DNA of 64,000 nucleotides from Oscillospiraceae bacterium (GTDB lineage Bacteria; Bacillota; Clostridia; Oscillospirales; Ruminococcaceae), in the NCBI GenBank assembly GCA_015067185.1, contig SVMZ01000012.1:2928-66927 (forward strand). The letters are read 5' to 3'. A program made the translations under genes and the position numbers. Positions 1 through 9,811 of this stretch are shown piece by piece. The notes beneath the pieces are model-generated. The model saw only the letters and a list, made by a program, of their open reading frames with translations, did no database searches and was not told the DNA's origin. Every line of letters starts with the position of its first letter. The first letter of the stretch is position 1.

Positions 1-526
1 CCAGCGGGGTACAGCCCAAATCCATCGCCGCCTCCGGCATGGCTTTGTCCATCTGCTGCAGCTTGGGCAACACCTGCAAAATCACGTAGGGTGTGCAGAA
101 GGTAATATGGGCAATCAGCATAGTGCCGAAATTAAGGCTGGTGGAAGCGCCGAACAGGCGTCCGACAAACACAAACATCAGCATCAGCGAAATACCGGTA
201 ATGATATCCGGATTGATCATGGGGATATCGGTGACGGTGTTCATAGCCGCCCGATACCATTTGGAACGCAGCTTGTTGATACCCATGGCGGCAAAGGTTC
301 CCAGCGCCGTGGATATCGCCGTGGCAGATGCCGCAAGAAGCAGTGTGTTTTTCAAAGCTCCCAGCGTGTTTCTGTCCAGAAACAGCTCCTTATACCATTT
401 CAGTGAAAACACGGAGAAAACCGAAAGGCTCTTCGCCTCATTGAAGGAAAATATCAGAAGCACCGCAATGGGGGCAAAGAGGAAACAGAAGATAATTCCG
501 CTGTATATTTTAGCCGATAATTTCAC
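1..526 (-). CDS. potC: spermidine/putrescine ABC transporter permease PotC (3' end cut by window edge)
   Basis: This minus-strand open frame is absent from the ORF track because it runs off the window. My translation from GTG at 526 reads VKLSAKIYSGIIFCFLFAPIAVLLIFSFNEAKS...TFCTPYVILQVLPKLQQMDKAMPEAAMDLGCTPL, a typical PotC N-terminus and EAA loop. It starts 2 nt after the potB stop. Confidence 0.8.
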   Translation of the reverse strand, partial: MKLSAKIYSGIIFCFLFAPIAVLLIFSFNEAKSLSVFSVFSLKWYKELFLDRNTLGALKNTLLLAASATAISTALGTFAAMGINKLRSKWYRAAMNTVTDIPMINPDIITGISLMLMFVFVGRLFGASTSLNFGTMLIAHITFCTPYVILQVLPKLQQMDKAMPEAAMDLGCTPL

Positions 527-527
527 C

Positions 528-1412
528 TCAGTCACCTCCGTATACACAACGTGCCGTCACATATTTGATCAATGCCATTACTGTCAGCAGAATCACCATC
601 AGGATAAAGGCGATTGCCGCTGCAAAATGCAGATTGTTGGCCACATACTGTCCTTCAATGGCATCACCAATGAGGAAAAACTTTCCGTTACCCAGTTTCT
701 GAGAGATGTAGAAGGTGCTGATGGAGGGAATCAGAACCATATTGATTCCCGAGATCACACCGGGCATACTCAGCGGGAAGATAACTCTGCGCAGTACCGA
801 AAAACTTCCGCAGCCCAGATCTCTGGCGGCCTCCAGCAGTCTTCCGTCCAGCTTGGCCAAAATGGAGTAGATGGGCAGAACCATATAGGGGAAGTAGTCG
901 TAAACCATACCAAGAATAACCGCCGTTTCCGTTCCGATGATGTGGATCTCACCCAATCCCAGTCTGGCAAGAAAACCGTTGATGATACCGGTATCCTGCA
1001 GGATAGTCATCCATGCATAGGTGCGGATCAGGAAGTTCATCCACATGGGAATCATAATCAGCGTGACCATCGTCTTCTGGGTCTTCTCTTTGGCCCTCGC
1101 CATAATGTAGGCAATGGGGTATCCCATCAACAGACAGACTGCGGTTGAGATCACCGCCAGCTTCAGCGAGCGCATGAAGATCAGCAGATAGGTGCGCACC
1201 TCCTGCGTGGATCCATCATCCTGTACCAGGTTGCTGGTTGCTGTAAAAAAGCGGGTAATGTTTTCTGTGGTAAACTCAAAATTGTTATCGGTAAAGGCAT
1301 AGAACGCAATAAAGATCAGCGGGACGAGAACAAACAAAACCGACCACGCAGAATACGGCGCCAACGCTATCCGATAGGTGTTGTGAGACTTGCCTGCAGC
1401 AGATGCCTTCAT
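528..1412 (-). CDS. potB: spermidine/putrescine ABC transporter permease PotB
   Basis: 294-aa multi-TM protein with a binding-protein-dependent transport EAA-type loop ([27 protein letters not shown]). It overlaps the potA stop by 4 nt, the usual potABC order. Confidence 0.9.
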   Translation of the reverse strand: MKASAAGKSHNTYRIALAPYSAWSVLFVLVPLIFIAFYAFTDNNFEFTTENITRFFTATSNLVQDDGSTQEVRTYLLIFMRSLKLAVISTAVCLLMGYPIAYIMARAKEKTQKTMVTLIMIPMWMNFLIRTYAWMTILQDTGIINGFLARLGLGEIHIIGTETAVILGMVYDYFPYMVLPIYSILAKLDGRLLEAARDLGCGSFSVLRRVIFPLSMPGVISGINMVLIPSISTFYISQKLGNGKFFLIGDAIEGQYVANNLHFAAAIAFILMVILLTVMALIKYVTARCVYGGD

Positions 1413-2527
1413 TCTTCGTCCTCACCTCCCGGGTTGGACAGCTCTTCCAGTTCGTTGGAATAGGAGGAGTAGTCCCCGAACATACCGGAATACTTGGACT
1501 TTTTCATAATATGGATGGCATCCGGCTCCAATGTGATGCCGATGTACGCGTTTTCCTCCACATGGTCGGTGGTCTGAATCATCCACTTGAAACCGCCGAT
1601 ATCCACAATTGCCTCGTTGTGGACGCCCATAAAGGTGACGGAGGTCACATTACCACAGAGCATACCCTTTTCCGGTGCAACAATGTCTACGTCTTCGGGA
1701 CGAACAACCACATCCACCGGCTCGTTGGGAGCAAAGCCGGTATCCAGACATTCAAAGGTATGTCCGCCAAAACGTACACGGTAGTCTGACAGCATCACAC
1801 CATCAATAATATTACTCTCGCCGATAAAATCTGCAACAAAGGCATTGACAGGCTCGTTGTAAATATCACTTGGGGTACCAATCTGCTGAATCTTACCCTC
1901 GCTCATGACCACGATGGTGTCGGACATGCTCAGTGCTTCCTCCTGATCGTGGGTGACAAAGATAAAGGTGATCCCTGTATTTTTCTGAATTTTCTTCAGC
2001 TCCTGCTGCATATCCTTACGCAGCTTCAGGTCCAGTGCTCCCAAAGGCTCATCCAGCAGCAGCACCTTCGGCTCGTTGACCAGCGCTCTGGCAATGGCAA
2101 CACGCTGCTGCTGACCGCCGGAGAGACTGGTGACACTGCGGTCGGCAAAACCGGAGAGCATAACCATCTTCAGCATATTGTCTACCTTTTCTTTAATCTC
2201 ATTCTTGGGAACCTTGCGCTGTCTGAGACCAAAGGCTACGTTTTCAAACACGTTCAGGTGGGGGAACAGTGCATATTTCTGAAACACGGTATTGACATGA
2301 CGCTTATGGGGCGGAACATCGTTGATCCTCTCGCCCATAAAGATTACATCGCCCTGGTCGGGATGTTCAAATCCCCCGACAATACGCAATGTCGTGGTCT
2401 TACCGCATCCGGAGGGACCAAGCAGTGTAATAAATTCGTTGTCATAAATATCCAGACTCATATTGTCCAGAACTGTTTCACCATCAAATGCTTTGGAGAT
2501 ATTTTTCAGTTCAATAATTTTTTCCAT
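1409..2527 (-). CDS. potA: spermidine/putrescine ABC transporter ATP-binding protein PotA
   Basis: Walker [13 protein letters not shown] signature [15 protein letters not shown], Walker B LLLDEP, and a C-terminal TOBE-like domain. I prefer the ATG at 2527 (MEKIIELKN), which follows GGGGAG, over the ORF-track start at 2551. Confidence 0.93.
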   Translation of the reverse strand: MEKIIELKNISKAFDGETVLDNMSLDIYDNEFITLLGPSGCGKTTTLRIVGGFEHPDQGDVIFMGERINDVPPHKRHVNTVFQKYALFPHLNVFENVAFGLRQRKVPKNEIKEKVDNMLKMVMLSGFADRSVTSLSGGQQQRVAIARALVNEPKVLLLDEPLGALDLKLRKDMQQELKKIQKNTGITFIFVTHDQEEALSMSDTIVVMSEGKIQQIGTPSDIYNEPVNAFVADFIGESNIIDGVMLSDYRVRFGGHTFECLDTGFAPNEPVDVVVRPEDVDIVAPEKGMLCGNVTSVTFMGVHNEAIVDIGGFKWMIQTTDHVEENAYIGITLEPDAIHIMKKSKYSGMFGDYSSYSNELEELSNPGGEDEE

Positions 2528-2551
2528 TCTCTGTTCTCCCCATCTTTTCAT

Positions 2552-2994
2552 TTCTCTGAAGCAAGCAGAACCATGAACACAAAAAAAGCGTCACGCTGCT
2601 CTTTGCAACATGACGCTTGTTATACGATTGAGATTTTTCCAAAACAACACGTTGTGCCAACAATCCTCATTTTTCGCACCAAGCTGCAAAACAGCCCGCA
2701 GGAAAGTTTAACCCAACATAAATTCCATCGAATCGCAATCAGATCAGAGTCTATATAGCAAAGATTACTTTTACTACTCTTATTGACCATTTCACAAGTT
2801 CATGCCCAAAGCACATTTGGTTATAAAGTAACCGACTCATAAAACTGAGCTTCTAACTCAATCAATAAAGCAACAGAAGTTGCCAACCGCAAAGCGGCAT
2901 TCGGCATTCGACCCGGCTGTCCGTATGGCCTTAGCCGATGATTTCATCGGCGGTCGTGCAATCCTGCTTTGGAAAACTCTTTCCAATTGAGATT
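2552..2994 (-). promoter_or_regulatory. long untranslated leader of potABC (candidate riboswitch/attenuator or separate sRNA)
   Basis: About 410 nt lie between a consensus promoter (3001-3029) and the terminator at 2581-2618. I found no credible ORF with an RBS. Internal hairpins include CCGAUGAAAUCAUCGG. Confidence 0.4.
2581..2618 (-). terminator. intrinsic terminator/attenuator about 55 nt upstream of the potA start
   Basis: The minus-strand RNA reads AAGCGUCA-17 nt-UGACGCUUUUUUUG, a GC-rich stem followed by a 7-U tract. No promoter-like sequence lies between it and potA. Confidence 0.55.
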
Positions 2995-3000
2995 TAATTT

Positions 3001-3029
3001 ATTATACTATAGTTTTCAGGAAAAGTCAA
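3001..3029 (-). promoter_or_regulatory. sigma-A type promoter (TTGACT-17-TATAAT) driving the pot leader
   Basis: The reverse complement reads TTGACT tttcctgaaaactatag TATAAT, with a -35 at 3024-3029 and a -10 at 3001-3006. Confidence 0.6.
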
Positions 3030-3089
3030 TACATACTTCCGCCGAATTCCCGCTGTCATTTTCGTCTCTTTCCCGAAAAACACCCTCAG

Positions 3090-3124
3090 AAAAACAACCT
3101 GCCCGGCTGCTTTTCCGGACAGGT
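3090..3124 (-). terminator. intrinsic terminator after the htrA-like gene
   Basis: Minus-strand RNA ACCUGUCCGG-AAAAGCAG-CCGGGCAGGU followed by UGUUUUUCU. Confidence 0.7.
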
Positions 3125-3179
3125 CTGTCTTACTTTTTATTTCTCATCGGGCACCCCTGTGCCCATCGTTTTGTTCCCG

Positions 3180-4943
3180 TCAATCGGCCAGATCCTGTAC
3201 CAGACTGATCTCCGCCTCAAAGGTGGAAGCTGCGGAGGTCTTTGTTGCGGGACGGTATACGGTCAGCGTTACCTTGTCTCCCGCCTTGAATACCGCCAGC
3301 TGCTCGGATACACCGTTGAAAGAGGTTACCTCTTTTCCGTTGATATGGGTAATGATGTCGCCCACCTTCACGCCGCTGTCGATCATGCTCTGGTTAGTGA
3401 TATCCACAATGTACATCCCCGGTTCCACACCGTTATACATGGCATTGGCCGGGGTGATCAGCTGTGCCGTAATCCCCAGCTGAATTCTTCCGGTTACTCT
3501 GCCGTAACGAATCAGCTCATCAATAATCGGCTGTGCATGGTTAGAGGCAATGGCAAAACCGATTCCCTCGAATCCCTCCACCGCAATCTTCGCGGAGTTG
3601 ATACCCACAACCTGACCATATTGGTTCACCAATGCACCTCCGGAGTTGCCCGGGTTGATCGCCGCATCGGTCTGGATGCAGACAAGCGTACTGTTGTCGG
3701 TACGTATCTCACGGTTTACCGCCGACACCATACCGTAAGTAACGCTGCCCTGCAGGGAAAGTCCGCCCGGATTGCCAATAGCAATGACAAACTCACCCAC
3801 CTTCATCTGATCGGAATTTCCGAATTCCGCAGCGGGAAGCCCTTTCGCTTCGATGCGGATCACAGCCAGATCGGTAATGGTATCGGATCCTACCGTGGCT
3901 GCCGGATATTCACTGCCGTCGGAAAGGGTCACCTTAATGGCATAAGCACCCGCCACAACATGAGCATTGGTGATGATATATCCATCCTCCGACATAATGA
4001 TTCCGGTTCCCGATCCTACCGGTGAAACACCTTCCTCCTGCGTAAAATCTTCCAGATATATCTCAATGCCAACCACTGCGGGAGACACCTTTTCGGCAAC
4101 CTCCACCGTCCACGGCAGCACCACCTCTCCGGTGCCTTCCTCTGCCGGCCGGTCTTCTATTGCAATACCGCTGTGTTCCCGGTCGATCTCTATTCCCATA
4201 TCCGCTGCTGAGGACTGGAAACCGGACTCACCGTCCTGCTCCTCCTCATCACCGCCTACGGGCGGCAGCTCATAATAGCCCTCTCCGCTCTGTTCTTCGG
4301 ATTGCTCCAGTTCTTCTCTGCCCAGCATAGACCAGACGCCGTATCCTGCAAAACAGACCAGCGCCAGCACGATCACACCGCAAAGGATACCCGCAAAAAT
4401 CTTGACCCCATTGCTTTTCCTGGGTTTGCGCGGATATTCACCGCCGGGATAACCGCCGTCACTCGGGTAGCCGCCGTTGTTCCCGTTTTCACGGTAACCG
4501 TAACCACCCTCGTCGGTTGTTTCGGCAGAAGAGCGCCGTTTCCCTTCTCCGTCAAACCCCTCGTAACTGTTGAAATTCCACTCATTATTACTATATGTAT
4601 ATTTTCTTTCCTGCCTGTATTCACTGCCGGACGGCTGTTCTGTATGCTGCACACCGTTGGGCGCATATTTTCCCTGACGGTACTGCGGATTCTCCTCCGT
4701 GGGAACAGCACCGATCTCTGCCGTATTCTCTGCAAAAAACGGCTCTGCCGCAGGTGCAGCTGTCTCTGCACCGTTCTCCTCAGTCGGCGGCTCTTCCGAA
4801 ATCACCTCGAACTGCTGCGTCTCACCGTTGCAGTAGCTATATTCGCTGTCTGTGCCGCTGCGCCATCCGCTTGTATCCTTTTCCGCAGACACCTCTGGCT
4901 CTTTTTCCGGGTTACTTTCTCTTTTTTCGTTATTTTCTATCAT
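3180..4943 (-). CDS. HtrA/DegP-family serine protease (trypsin-like S1C domain plus C-terminal PDZ) with a long disordered N-terminal region and one TM helix
   Basis: Motifs TNAHVV, DLAVIRI and GNSGGALVN (catalytic Ser), plus a PDZ-like C-terminus. TM segment IFAGILCGVIVLALVCFAGYGVW. About 190 aa of E/G/Y/N-rich sequence precede the TM. Confidence 0.9.
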   Translation of the reverse strand: MIENNEKRESNPEKEPEVSAEKDTSGWRSGTDSEYSYCNGETQQFEVISEEPPTEENGAETAAPAAEPFFAENTAEIGAVPTEENPQYRQGKYAPNGVQHTEQPSGSEYRQERKYTYSNNEWNFNSYEGFDGEGKRRSSAETTDEGGYGYRENGNNGGYPSDGGYPGGEYPRKPRKSNGVKIFAGILCGVIVLALVCFAGYGVWSMLGREELEQSEEQSGEGYYELPPVGGDEEEQDGESGFQSSAADMGIEIDREHSGIAIEDRPAEEGTGEVVLPWTVEVAEKVSPAVVGIEIYLEDFTQEEGVSPVGSGTGIIMSEDGYIITNAHVVAGAYAIKVTLSDGSEYPAATVGSDTITDLAVIRIEAKGLPAAEFGNSDQMKVGEFVIAIGNPGGLSLQGSVTYGMVSAVNREIRTDNSTLVCIQTDAAINPGNSGGALVNQYGQVVGINSAKIAVEGFEGIGFAIASNHAQPIIDELIRYGRVTGRIQLGITAQLITPANAMYNGVEPGMYIVDITNQSMIDSGVKVGDIITHINGKEVTSFNGVSEQLAVFKAGDKVTLTVYRPATKTSAASTFEAEISLVQDLAD

Positions 4944-5053
4944 CTTGGGCTACCGGACAGGTTATCTTGTCCGCTCCTTCCGTCTTTCAAATCAATCACA
5001 TACTTACACTATCATATGCTGCGCCGGTTTATTTTATCTCTGCTCTGCCGCTT

Positions 5054-6526
5054 TTATTTTACACCGCCGTGCAGCTTGGAGGCTTCTTCCGTTCCCGTTT
5101 TCATTCTGTTTGCGGGAATAGAAAACTCAAACTCCGTGAATTCACCCTGAATACTCCGCGCCCGTATCTCGCCGCCGTGCAGACCAATCACGGTTCTTAC
5201 GATGTAAAGCCCCAATCCCACACCGTTTTTATCCAGACTGCGGGACCGGTCGGTTTTATAAAAGCGATTAAACAGCTTGTTCATCTCGTTCTCCGGGATT
5301 CCTTCGCCGGAATTACGCACCGATACATAGACCATCTTGCCGTCGCCGTTGAAATTAAATTCGATATAGCCGCCTTTGTCGGTAAACTTTACAGCGTTAT
5401 CAACCAGATTGTATATCACCTGATGGATCAGATCCTCATCTGCCTCCACCATGATTTTCCCAACATCCAGTCCGCGGATTTCCAGTTCTTTTGCCTCAAT
5501 GCCCTGTTCAAAAGCAAACACTGTCTGCAGCACCGTATCATGAATATCAAACTGGTTTGCAATAATCTGCCTCTCTCCCGCTTCGATTTTGGAAAGCTGC
5601 AGCATGGCTTTTACCAGTCTGGCCAGACGTTTGACCTCTTCCGAAACAATGGTGAGGTAATATCTGTGCTTTTCCTCCGGTATAGTTCCATCCAGAATAC
5701 CGTCAATGAATCCGCCAATGGTGGTCATGGGTGTTTTCAATTCATGGGAAACGTTGGCTGTAAAACTTCGGCTGGAGGATTCCAGCTCTGCCAGCGATGT
5801 TGCCATCTCATTGATAGACGATGCCAGCACACCGATCTCATCCCTGCTCTCCACAGGAACTCTCACCGAAAAATCACCGTTGGAAAAAGCTCTCGTCGCA
5901 TCCACCATTTTGCGGAGCGGCCGCACCATTCTGCCAATCATGAAATAGATGCAGATAAAAGCAATTATCAGCACCACCGTAGCACTGATCATAAACATCC
6001 CGATCATCTCGAACAGGAAACCTACCATCGTATTGGCGGAAGCCGAAACAAACACCGCTCCCATAGGCACACCGTCGCTGTTTGTCAACACCAGTGCAAC
6101 GGTATAATGTGAGCTGTCATATATTCCGCCAAGTCTGCCCACCTCAGAATAGCTTCCCTGGCTGAACAGCATTGTCATAACACCTTCGGGGAGATTTTTA
6201 CCCTTGTGGACACAGTTGGTCGAATCCGAACATACCAAGGTCTCCCCCTGCGTATTCACCAGAAATACCTCAGTCTGGCTTGCATCCGCCAGGATGGCAT
6301 AACCCGATTTTAAAACCCACTCATCTACTCCCAGATCATTGTTGCCTGAAAGATTATTCTTTGTCAGATTAACCGCATACTGCGCATTGCGATATAAAAG
6401 CTGCTGCTTGTCCGTGCGGAAATACTGGGATGCAAACAGCATAAACACAACACCCAAAAACAAAATACAGGACAATATAATCGCCGCAAAAGCAGTAAAA
6501 TATTTAAACAGAATACTACGTCGCAT
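5054..6526 (-). CDS. two-component sensor histidine kinase (2 TM, HAMP, HisKA, HATPase_c)
   Basis: H-box SHELKTPMTTIGGF, N-box NLVDNAVKFT, G-boxes NSGEGIP and GVGLGLYIV. A HAMP-like segment follows the second TM. Confidence 0.9.
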   Translation of the reverse strand: MRRSILFKYFTAFAAIILSCILFLGVVFMLFASQYFRTDKQQLLYRNAQYAVNLTKNNLSGNNDLGVDEWVLKSGYAILADASQTEVFLVNTQGETLVCSDSTNCVHKGKNLPEGVMTMLFSQGSYSEVGRLGGIYDSSHYTVALVLTNSDGVPMGAVFVSASANTMVGFLFEMIGMFMISATVVLIIAFICIYFMIGRMVRPLRKMVDATRAFSNGDFSVRVPVESRDEIGVLASSINEMATSLAELESSSRSFTANVSHELKTPMTTIGGFIDGILDGTIPEEKHRYYLTIVSEEVKRLARLVKAMLQLSKIEAGERQIIANQFDIHDTVLQTVFAFEQGIEAKELEIRGLDVGKIMVEADEDLIHQVIYNLVDNAVKFTDKGGYIEFNFNGDGKMVYVSVRNSGEGIPENEMNKLFNRFYKTDRSRSLDKNGVGLGLYIVRTVIGLHGGEIRARSIQGEFTEFEFSIPANRMKTGTEEASKLHGGVK

Positions 6527-6634
6527 CTCATCCGCTCTTTCCGGAAAAATATCGCGGGATCCTTCAGTTCTTTACTCTTCTGTCTTTGCGACAGAGTCTC
6601 TCCCGCTCCTCAAACAATCCTTAATAAATAACAC

Positions 6635-6677
6635 GATGATGACCGACCGGAGAAGAGCTCCTCCGGTCAATCATCAT
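6635..6677 (-). terminator. strong hairpin between the response regulator and kinase genes (possible partial terminator)
   Basis: Minus-strand GAUGAUUGACCGGAG-gagcucuu-CUCCGGUCGGUCAUC, about 15 bp including two G-U pairs, followed by AUCGUGUUAUUUAUU. It lies in an unusually long 188-nt RR-HK spacer. Confidence 0.4.
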
Positions 6678-6714
6678 GACTTTTTCAGTGAATATTCTCT
6701 TTTGCTTTGTTCTG

Positions 6715-7407
6715 TCAGTCTCTGACTTCAAACTTATAACCGACACCCCAAACAGTCTTGAGGGTCCATTTGTCGGATACACCCTCCAGCTTTTCACGCA
6801 GACGTTTGATGTGTACGTCAACAGTACGGGAATCGCCGTAATATTCAAAGCCCCATACCTCGTCCAGCAGCTGATCACGGGTATAAACACGGTTGGGATT
6901 GCTGGAGAGATGGAACAGCAGCTCCAGCTCCTTCGGCGGGGTATCCACGATGCGACCGTCAACCTTGAGCTCATATTTTGTCATATTGACAACCAGTTTA
7001 TCGTAGGAAACTTCCTTGGGATCATTCTCTTCCGAACTCTTGCCGGTACGGCGGAGAACCGCTTTGATTCTGGCAACAATCTCTTTGGTGTCAAAGGGCT
7101 TGACCACGTAGTCATCCGCACCCAGTTCCAGACCAAGAACCTTGTCAAAAGTCTCACCCTTGGCGGTGATCATAATGATGGGGCAGTCAGAGCGCTTGCG
7201 CAGCTCACGGCATACCTGCCAGCCATCCAGTTTGGGCATCATAACGTCCAGCAGAACGATATCGGGGGTATCCAGCGCAAACCTGGTAACAGCCTCTTCG
7301 CCGTCGTTTGCAATCACTACGGAATAACCATCTTTTTCAAGATAAAGTCTCAGCAGCTCGCATATGTTTTTATCATCATCCGCAACAAGAACTTTTCCGA
7401 TAGACAT
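6715..7407 (-). CDS. OmpR/PhoB-family response regulator
   Basis: Receiver domain (VADDD..., LLDVMMPKLDG, MITAKG) plus a winged-helix output (RTVDVHIKRLREKL, WGVGYKF). Confidence 0.93.
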   Translation of the reverse strand: MSIGKVLVADDDKNICELLRLYLEKDGYSVVIANDGEEAVTRFALDTPDIVLLDVMMPKLDGWQVCRELRKRSDCPIIMITAKGETFDKVLGLELGADDYVVKPFDTKEIVARIKAVLRRTGKSSEENDPKEVSYDKLVVNMTKYELKVDGRIVDTPPKELELLFHLSSNPNRVYTRDQLLDEVWGFEYYGDSRTVDVHIKRLREKLEGVSDKWTLKTVWGVGYKFEVRD

Positions 7408-7641
7408 ACTTCTATTCCTCCTTAAACATCCTTACATAATTATATATCAAAATCAGTGCAAAAAACAACCCTTTTGCGCGTTTTTCGTCGCACACTTTCC
7501 ACTGAATTCTTCTCTTTGTATTAATTATACAATATTCCCCTTTTTATTGGTTAATAATTTTTGAAACTTTTCATTTCATTGCGTTAATTTCCTTTCAACT
7601 TTTCTTGAAATTGCGATCATTTTTTAAATTGGAAAAAACTA

Positions 7642-7670
7642 TTGCCCAAAAGCTTTATTTGGGTTATAAT
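7642..7670 (+). promoter_or_regulatory. putative ychF promoter (TTGCCC-17-TATAAT)
   Basis: -35 at 7642-7647 and -10 at 7665-7670, about 70 nt upstream of the ychF ATG. Confidence 0.45.
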
Positions 7671-7742
7671 TAATAAGATAAAATGTGATAAATTTTGCTC
7701 TGCCTTCACGGCAGTGACATAATTCGAAGGGAAATCAGCACT

Positions 7743-8837
7743 ATGAAACTTGGTATCGTCGGACTGCCGAACGTCGGCAAAAGCACACTTTTCAACGCTA
7801 TCACCAATGCGGGAGCACAGGCAGCTAACTATCCATTCTGCACCATTGATCCCAACGTGGGCACCGTACCCGTACCGGATGAACGTCTGGATGTCCTTGC
7901 AAAAATGTATGATCCGGATAAATATACCCCCGCAACCATTGAATTCGTGGATATCGCAGGTCTTGTCCGCGGTGCCTCCAAGGGCGAGGGTCTGGGCAAC
8001 CGCTTTCTCTCCCACATCCGTGAGGTTGACGCCATTGTTCACGTTGTCCGCTGCTTTGAAAACGGCGAGATCATCCATGTTGACGGCAGCATTGATCCGC
8101 TGCGCGATATCGATACCATCAATCTTGAGCTGATCCTCTCCGATATCGAGGTTCTGGAGCGCCGCATCGACCGTGCCTCCAAATCCGCCAAAGGTGACAA
8201 GAAATATGCTGTTGAAGTCTCTGTTCTTGAGGGATTAAAGGAGCATCTCTACAACAACCAGCCCGCCCGTGCATACACCCGCAATGATGAAGAGAACGAA
8301 TTCATTGCTCCCCTCTCCCTGCTCTCCGACAAACCCGTTATCTATGCCGCTAACCTGAGCGAATCCGATTTCACCAACGGCATCGAATCCAACGAAGCGT
8401 TTGCCGCCGTTAAAAAGCTGGCCGCCGAGGAGGGCGCCGGATGCCTTCCCATCTGTGCCCAGATCGAAGAAGAGATCGCCGACATGTCCATGGAAGACAA
8501 AGCCATGTTCCTGGAAGAGCTTGGCCTTGAGCGTTCCGGTCTGGACCGTCTGATTCAGGAATGCTACACGCTGCTGGGTCTCATCTCCTTCCTCACAGCA
8601 GGAAAGCAGGAGGTTCGCGCCTGGACCATTACCCGCGGCACCAAAGCTCCTCAGGCTGCAGGAAAGATTCACACCGACTTTGAACGCGGCTTCATCCGTG
8701 CCGAGATCGTTGCTTACGATGATCTTATTGCCTGCGGAAGCATGGCTGCTGTCAAGGAAAAGGGTCTGCTCCGTCTGGAAGGCAAGGATTATGTCATGTG
8801 CGACGGCGACGTTACACTCTTCCGTTTCAACGTTTAA
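7743..8837 (+). CDS. ychF: redox-regulated ribosome-binding ATPase YchF
   Basis: [22 protein letters not shown]1 motif, a full-length OLA1/YchF-type sequence, and a TGS-like C-terminus (GFIRAEIV...). The ATG at 7743 fits the family N-terminus better than the ORF-track start at 7695. Confidence 0.95.
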   Translation: MKLGIVGLPNVGKSTLFNAITNAGAQAANYPFCTIDPNVGTVPVPDERLDVLAKMYDPDKYTPATIEFVDIAGLVRGASKGEGLGNRFLSHIREVDAIVHVVRCFENGEIIHVDGSIDPLRDIDTINLELILSDIEVLERRIDRASKSAKGDKKYAVEVSVLEGLKEHLYNNQPARAYTRNDEENEFIAPLSLLSDKPVIYAANLSESDFTNGIESNEAFAAVKKLAAEEGAGCLPICAQIEEEIADMSMEDKAMFLEELGLERSGLDRLIQECYTLLGLISFLTAGKQEVRAWTITRGTKAPQAAGKIHTDFERGFIRAEIVAYDDLIACGSMAAVKEKGLLRLEGKDYVMCDGDVTLFRFNV

Positions 8838-8857
8838 TCTTCAAATTCACTTTAAGG

Positions 8858-8892
8858 ATATCCGCCATTCCTTGAGTTTGGCGGATATTTTC
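8858..8892 (+). terminator. intrinsic terminator after ychF
   Basis: ATATCCGCCA-11 nt loop-TGGCGGATAT followed by TTTC. Confidence 0.6.
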
Positions 8893-9018
8893 AAAGTATT
8901 TTTCTGATACTCTGAGAGACGTTGCTGAAGCCGGCATTTTGAGTCAAACCCCACCTGCACCAAACTGCCTGTTCACTCAAGCACAACCGTTTTTTACTTT
9001 TTGCGGAGGAATCATACA

Positions 9019-9729
9019 ATGAATCAGGTAAAACGCTATACTCCCGAACAGATTCACCATGCAGGCATGACTACAATCACTGCACACTCTGCCTGTGAAG
9101 GAACGGCTCCCAACAGCCGCGAACACATCCTCGCCGCCATCGCCTCCGGTGCCGAGTTTATTGAAATTGATGTACGCTCCGACGGGGAACAACTCTACCT
9201 TTCCCATGATCTTCCCCAGGATTTCTCAAGCTGTGTCACCTTTGAGACCTTGCTGGAACTGATTTCTCCTTATCCTACACTCTTTGTGAACTGTGATGTA
9301 AAGACTGAGGGACTTTTGAAACCGATCATGGCGGCAGCAGCCCGTTATCATATGGTACACCGCATCCTTTTTACCGGCCAATGCAATGCTGACGGTAAAG
9401 AAATCAAAGCGTTGGGAGGCACTCTCTGGCACAGTCTTTGGTACTCTCCCGATTTTGAAGATGCCATCAAGCGCGCCGTGGTATTTTGCAAAGAGACAGG
9501 GTGCACTTACATCAACCTGGATAAACGCATGGTAAACGAAGCCAATATTGATTACGTTCAGGCAAACGGTCTCAATTATTCGGTTTGGACGCCGGGAGAG
9601 GAAAAGATGCTTCGCTTTCTGCTTGAAAAACATGTGGCCAACATTACCACCAGAGAACCCCTGCTTGCCCTCAGGCTGCGCCATGAAATTCAGGGTACGC
9701 CGGAGGAAAACGTTTCTTACTCAAGATAA
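9019..9729 (+). CDS. glycerophosphodiester phosphodiesterase (GDPD) family protein
   Basis: ITAHSACEGTAPNSREHILAAIASGAEFIEIDVR...LSHD matches the GDPD N-terminal signature. A GGAGGA RBS lies 8 nt before the ATG at 9019. Confidence 0.75.
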   Translation: MNQVKRYTPEQIHHAGMTTITAHSACEGTAPNSREHILAAIASGAEFIEIDVRSDGEQLYLSHDLPQDFSSCVTFETLLELISPYPTLFVNCDVKTEGLLKPIMAAAARYHMVHRILFTGQCNADGKEIKALGGTLWHSLWYSPDFEDAIKRAVVFCKETGCTYINLDKRMVNEANIDYVQANGLNYSVWTPGEEKMLRFLLEKHVANITTREPLLALRLRHEIQGTPEENVSYSR

Positions 9730-9765
9730 AAACCAATCTGTTCCCTTGCAGCAATATTAATCCAC

Positions 9766-9807
9766 AAAAATGAGGCAGCATCTTATAGATGCTGCCTCAT
9801 TTATTTT
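9766..9807. terminator. bidirectional terminator between the GDPD gene and aspS
   Basis: AAATGAGGCAGCATCT-tat-AGATGCTGCCTCATTT, a perfect 16-bp palindromic stem flanked by A and T runs. Confidence 0.8.
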
Positions 9808-9811
9808 CAGT

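Noticed and set aside
93-1148. 351-aa ORF on the + strand
   Set aside because: It lies antisense to the well-supported potB and potC genes. It is low-complexity, has no RBS and shows no recognisable motifs.
4595-6112. 505-aa ORF on the + strand
   Set aside because: It is antisense to the histidine kinase and htrA 5' region. It is rich in R/S/C/H and has no RBS.
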